This document shows, piece by piece, positions 61,151 through 64,000 of a stretch of 64,000 nucleotides of DNA (positions are counted from its first letter, which is position 1; each line of letters opens with the position of its first letter). A model generated the notes under the pieces. It did not search any database, was not told the DNA's origin, and saw nothing but the letters and a program-made list of their open reading frames with translations. Origin of the DNA: Felis catus (taxonomy: Eukaryota); contig NC_058368.1 of the NCBI RefSeq assembly GCF_018350175.1, forward strand, positions 75,022,001 to 75,086,000, in the 5' to 3' direction. A program made the position numbers and the translations under genes.

Positions 61151-61540
61151 TCGGCTACGTTTTCCTATGGGTTGTTATAAATTGATACGTGTGACTGTTA
61201 CAGATCCTGGGACAGGGACCCAGAGCCCGGTAGGAATCAAACACCTATCAGACTTACCTCACTGGGCGGCAGATCAGGTTTCAGTGCACACTAGCTGGGT
61301 GAGTCTGGCTCTGTTATCCCATAGATATCACTAATTTAAAAATATTCTGATGCCATTCAAAATATAAGGTCATACAATTCATATTTGACCAAGCTGACAC
61401 GGGAGTCCAGGTCTCAAGATCTCTGCTTAACTTCCCCTTTGCCTCTCTTCCTCGCACCTGACACGGAACCAGTTAAATGATGGCATACAAAAAGGGAGCT
61501 TGGGAACAGTTTCCAACAGTGCTTTAAAGAGTCACTTCAT

Positions 61541-61566
61541 TAAAATAAAAAATAATTAAATGAAAT
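61541..61566 (+). mobile_element. Tail-only retrotransposition scar (A-rich stretch between TSDs)
   Basis: AAAGAGTCACTTCAT at 61526-61540 and 61567-61581 flanks TAAAATAAAAAATAATTAAATGAAAT. Confidence 0.75.
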
Positions 61567-63439
61567 AAAGAGTCACTTCATCCCTTCCCCTTCTCCAAAC
61601 TCCTGTGACGCCATCCATGAAATCAGCTGGAAGCGACAGAGAATATCCAGGGTTCTATTCTCTGTCCCTTTCCGGACAGGAAATCACCACGAAATGAAAA
61701 TGATGAGCCTTATCCACAGCCATAGCCGGGCCAGTCTGCTCTCCCTGTCATTCTCGACGACCAACTTATTCATGTTTCAGTCGTGATTTGTAGAAAGTGC
61801 CGTGGCTCGTGGTTATCAAAAATCTATTTTGGCTGAGTGTTTGCTCTCATTTAAAATTAGTGTCTTAAGCACTCGCATGTGTATTGTTGAAAACTCTCAG
61901 CACACATGCATCCACACACGGACACACACACTCACCGAACACACCGAGCAAGCCTTCTCTTTGTACGCTAACGAAGAAACCTAGGTATATCCATGACCCG
62001 ATCAGTCTTGGAATTCAAAATTGCAAAAGCTCTAATAAGAAATGTGTTCCATTTCATAAATAAATGTCCCTCCGTTGCTTTCCCGTTTTGTTTCTGAACC
62101 ACTGACAAGTATTTTATTTGTCTTCTGGTGGGAGCTAAATATTTGATGAATTCCATCGGCTCATAGCATATTTGTTAAACACAAACTCTGCTTCCTGTTC
62201 GGGATCGAGCAATAAAATTTGTGTTTGTTTGGGTTGGCAAGTTTTTGAGTAGACTCTACGCTGTAACTCTTCGCATATTTGAACCGTTTATCCAAGGTTG
62301 TGGAACTCTGTGTCAGAACTCTTGAATGGAGGGTTTCTTGGCATCCCTCTTATCATTCCTTAATTCTTTTGTATTAAAAAAAAATAACTCATTCAGTTGG
62401 TACAGAGTCCTCACTATACCTTTCTAAAAGATGTTGGAACAAAGCAAAAGTGAAAAAAAATTTTTGACATCTTTTAGATTTCTCCTGAATATGTTGACAA
62501 AGCTTGTTTTGACGCCCTGGTTTTGTTTTGTTTTTGTGCTCTTTGATGCACTAGTTGTAAAAGAAGAAGAAAAGAAACCAACTGGCAGGAAATGTGTCAA
62601 TAATCATTTGCTAATAGCATTTCAAGGTTAGAAAAACACAAGGCCTGTCTAATTTTTATGCGTCACTGATTAGCTTTTTGTGAGGTGTATTCCTTTTGGG
62701 GTGTGCAATCGAACTAAGCTTTCCCTGAGGCAGGGGAGGCGTTTCCTATTCCTTCCTTTTCATTAAGTCATAGTATCTTTGCCTCCAGGTGTTAAAATTA
62801 TAAGCATAATCTACATAAAAATTGTCAATTTAAAACTCCATCCATTACGATCTCAAATAGATAGTCAAAATACAAGATGGCGAATATCCACCCTCTACCA
62901 CCATGTAAAGGTAGAAAATGACATGTTTGCATTAAGAGGGCATTAATTGAGGGAAATTAAAACTCTGTTAGGACACAAGATAAATTAGAGGAGATGTTGT
63001 TGGATAGGCTTTGAGTAGCAGCCCCAAGCACACTTGGTTTCTTCTCTGACAAAAGCCCTGTAATCCCAATGGGCAGAGCCATGAGTTTCTTTCCTTCCGT
63101 TGTTTCCCAGGGCCCCAGCCTGTGCCAAGTAGCAGACAGAGAAAAGGCCCCAAAGGAGCAAAGATAAAGATAGTGTGATAGCTTAGGCAAGCACAGAATG
63201 AGCCTCTCAACTTAGAGAGGAATTGATATAAACATGTAAAAAGTGAGAGTTAAGGGAGTAAAAACAACATGGCTGCACTGCTGGATGATTGGACTGGGGC
63301 CGAGGAGAAGGAACAGTATGAGCTAAATCCTCACATCCTGTGGATGAGGCCATACCTGAGAAAGGAGAAAGAGAAGGAAAGCCGGTCTGTAGGAGACAGG
63401 CCATGGAAGGGTGGATTCAGTTGGTACAGGCTGAGCATG

Positions 63440-63960
63440 GGGTGCGTGTCCATGGGGCAGTTTTGATGGAGGTGGTGCCCCCAGACCTCAGCAGTAGCAT
63501 AGGAAGAGTAGGGGGTGTATTCCTCATGCACAAAGGTGACATCATCCAAGGTGTATATGGAGAGACTAAAGGCATGCATGAGGTTAGAGGAAAGGTAAAT
63601 TGAGGACCTGTGGACAGGACAGGAAACAAGACAGTGAAAATCCAACATGAAAACAAGTGTATCATTTATGCTATCCACAGTAGGGAACAATGAAAGATTT
63701 TTAAATTTTTTTTTCAACGTTTATTTATTTTTGGGACAGAGAGAGACAGAGCATGAACGGGGGAGGGGCAGAGAGAGAGGGAGACACAGAATCGGAAACA
63801 GGCTCCAGGCTCCGAGCCATCAGCCCAGAGCCTGACGCGGGGCTCGAACTCACGGACCGCGAGATTGTGACCTGGCTGAAGTCGGACGCTTAACCGATTG
63901 CGCCACCCAGGCACCCCATTGAAAGATTTTTAAGCACCAGAGTGATATTGTGAAAATTGA
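63440..63960 (-). mobile_element. L2 fragment, interrupted by a SINE
   Basis: TGATGGAGGTGGTG...; TGAAAGATTTTTAAGCA..AGAGTGATAT resembles antisense L2. Confidence 0.45.
63706..63917 (-). mobile_element. CanSINE, young SINEC_Fc type
   Basis: TSD TGAAAGATTTTTAA (63691-63704 / 63920-63933). Confidence 0.97.
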
Positions 63961-64000
63961 GGGGAATTAGCCGGGAGATCGTGTGCAACATCACATCACA

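Overview
This is mammalian genomic DNA from a cat-family (Felidae) animal, identified by about 33 tRNA-derived CanSINEs, including about 9 near-identical young SINEC_Fc-type copies. It is non-coding, intergenic or deep-intronic sequence. It holds several decayed L1 elements, MaLR/ERV solo LTRs, hAT MITEs (MER20, MER58A), MIR/L2/L3/MamSINE1 relics and many microsatellites. I recognise no protein-coding gene, RNA gene or CRISPR array, and the ORF track is explained by repeats or chance. I found no convincing new biological system. The most interesting signals are structural: a candidate start-codon exon with a perfect branch point, a diverged ~140-bp direct duplication, a target site re-used by two opposed SINEs, a collapsed SINE beside an inverted partner, a tail-only retrotransposition scar, a ~700-bp palindromic AT-rich repeat with a fold-back junction, back-to-back L1s and a possible GC-biased gene conversion patch. 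Repeat family names come from recalled consensus sequences, not database searches, and boundaries of old repeats are approximate.
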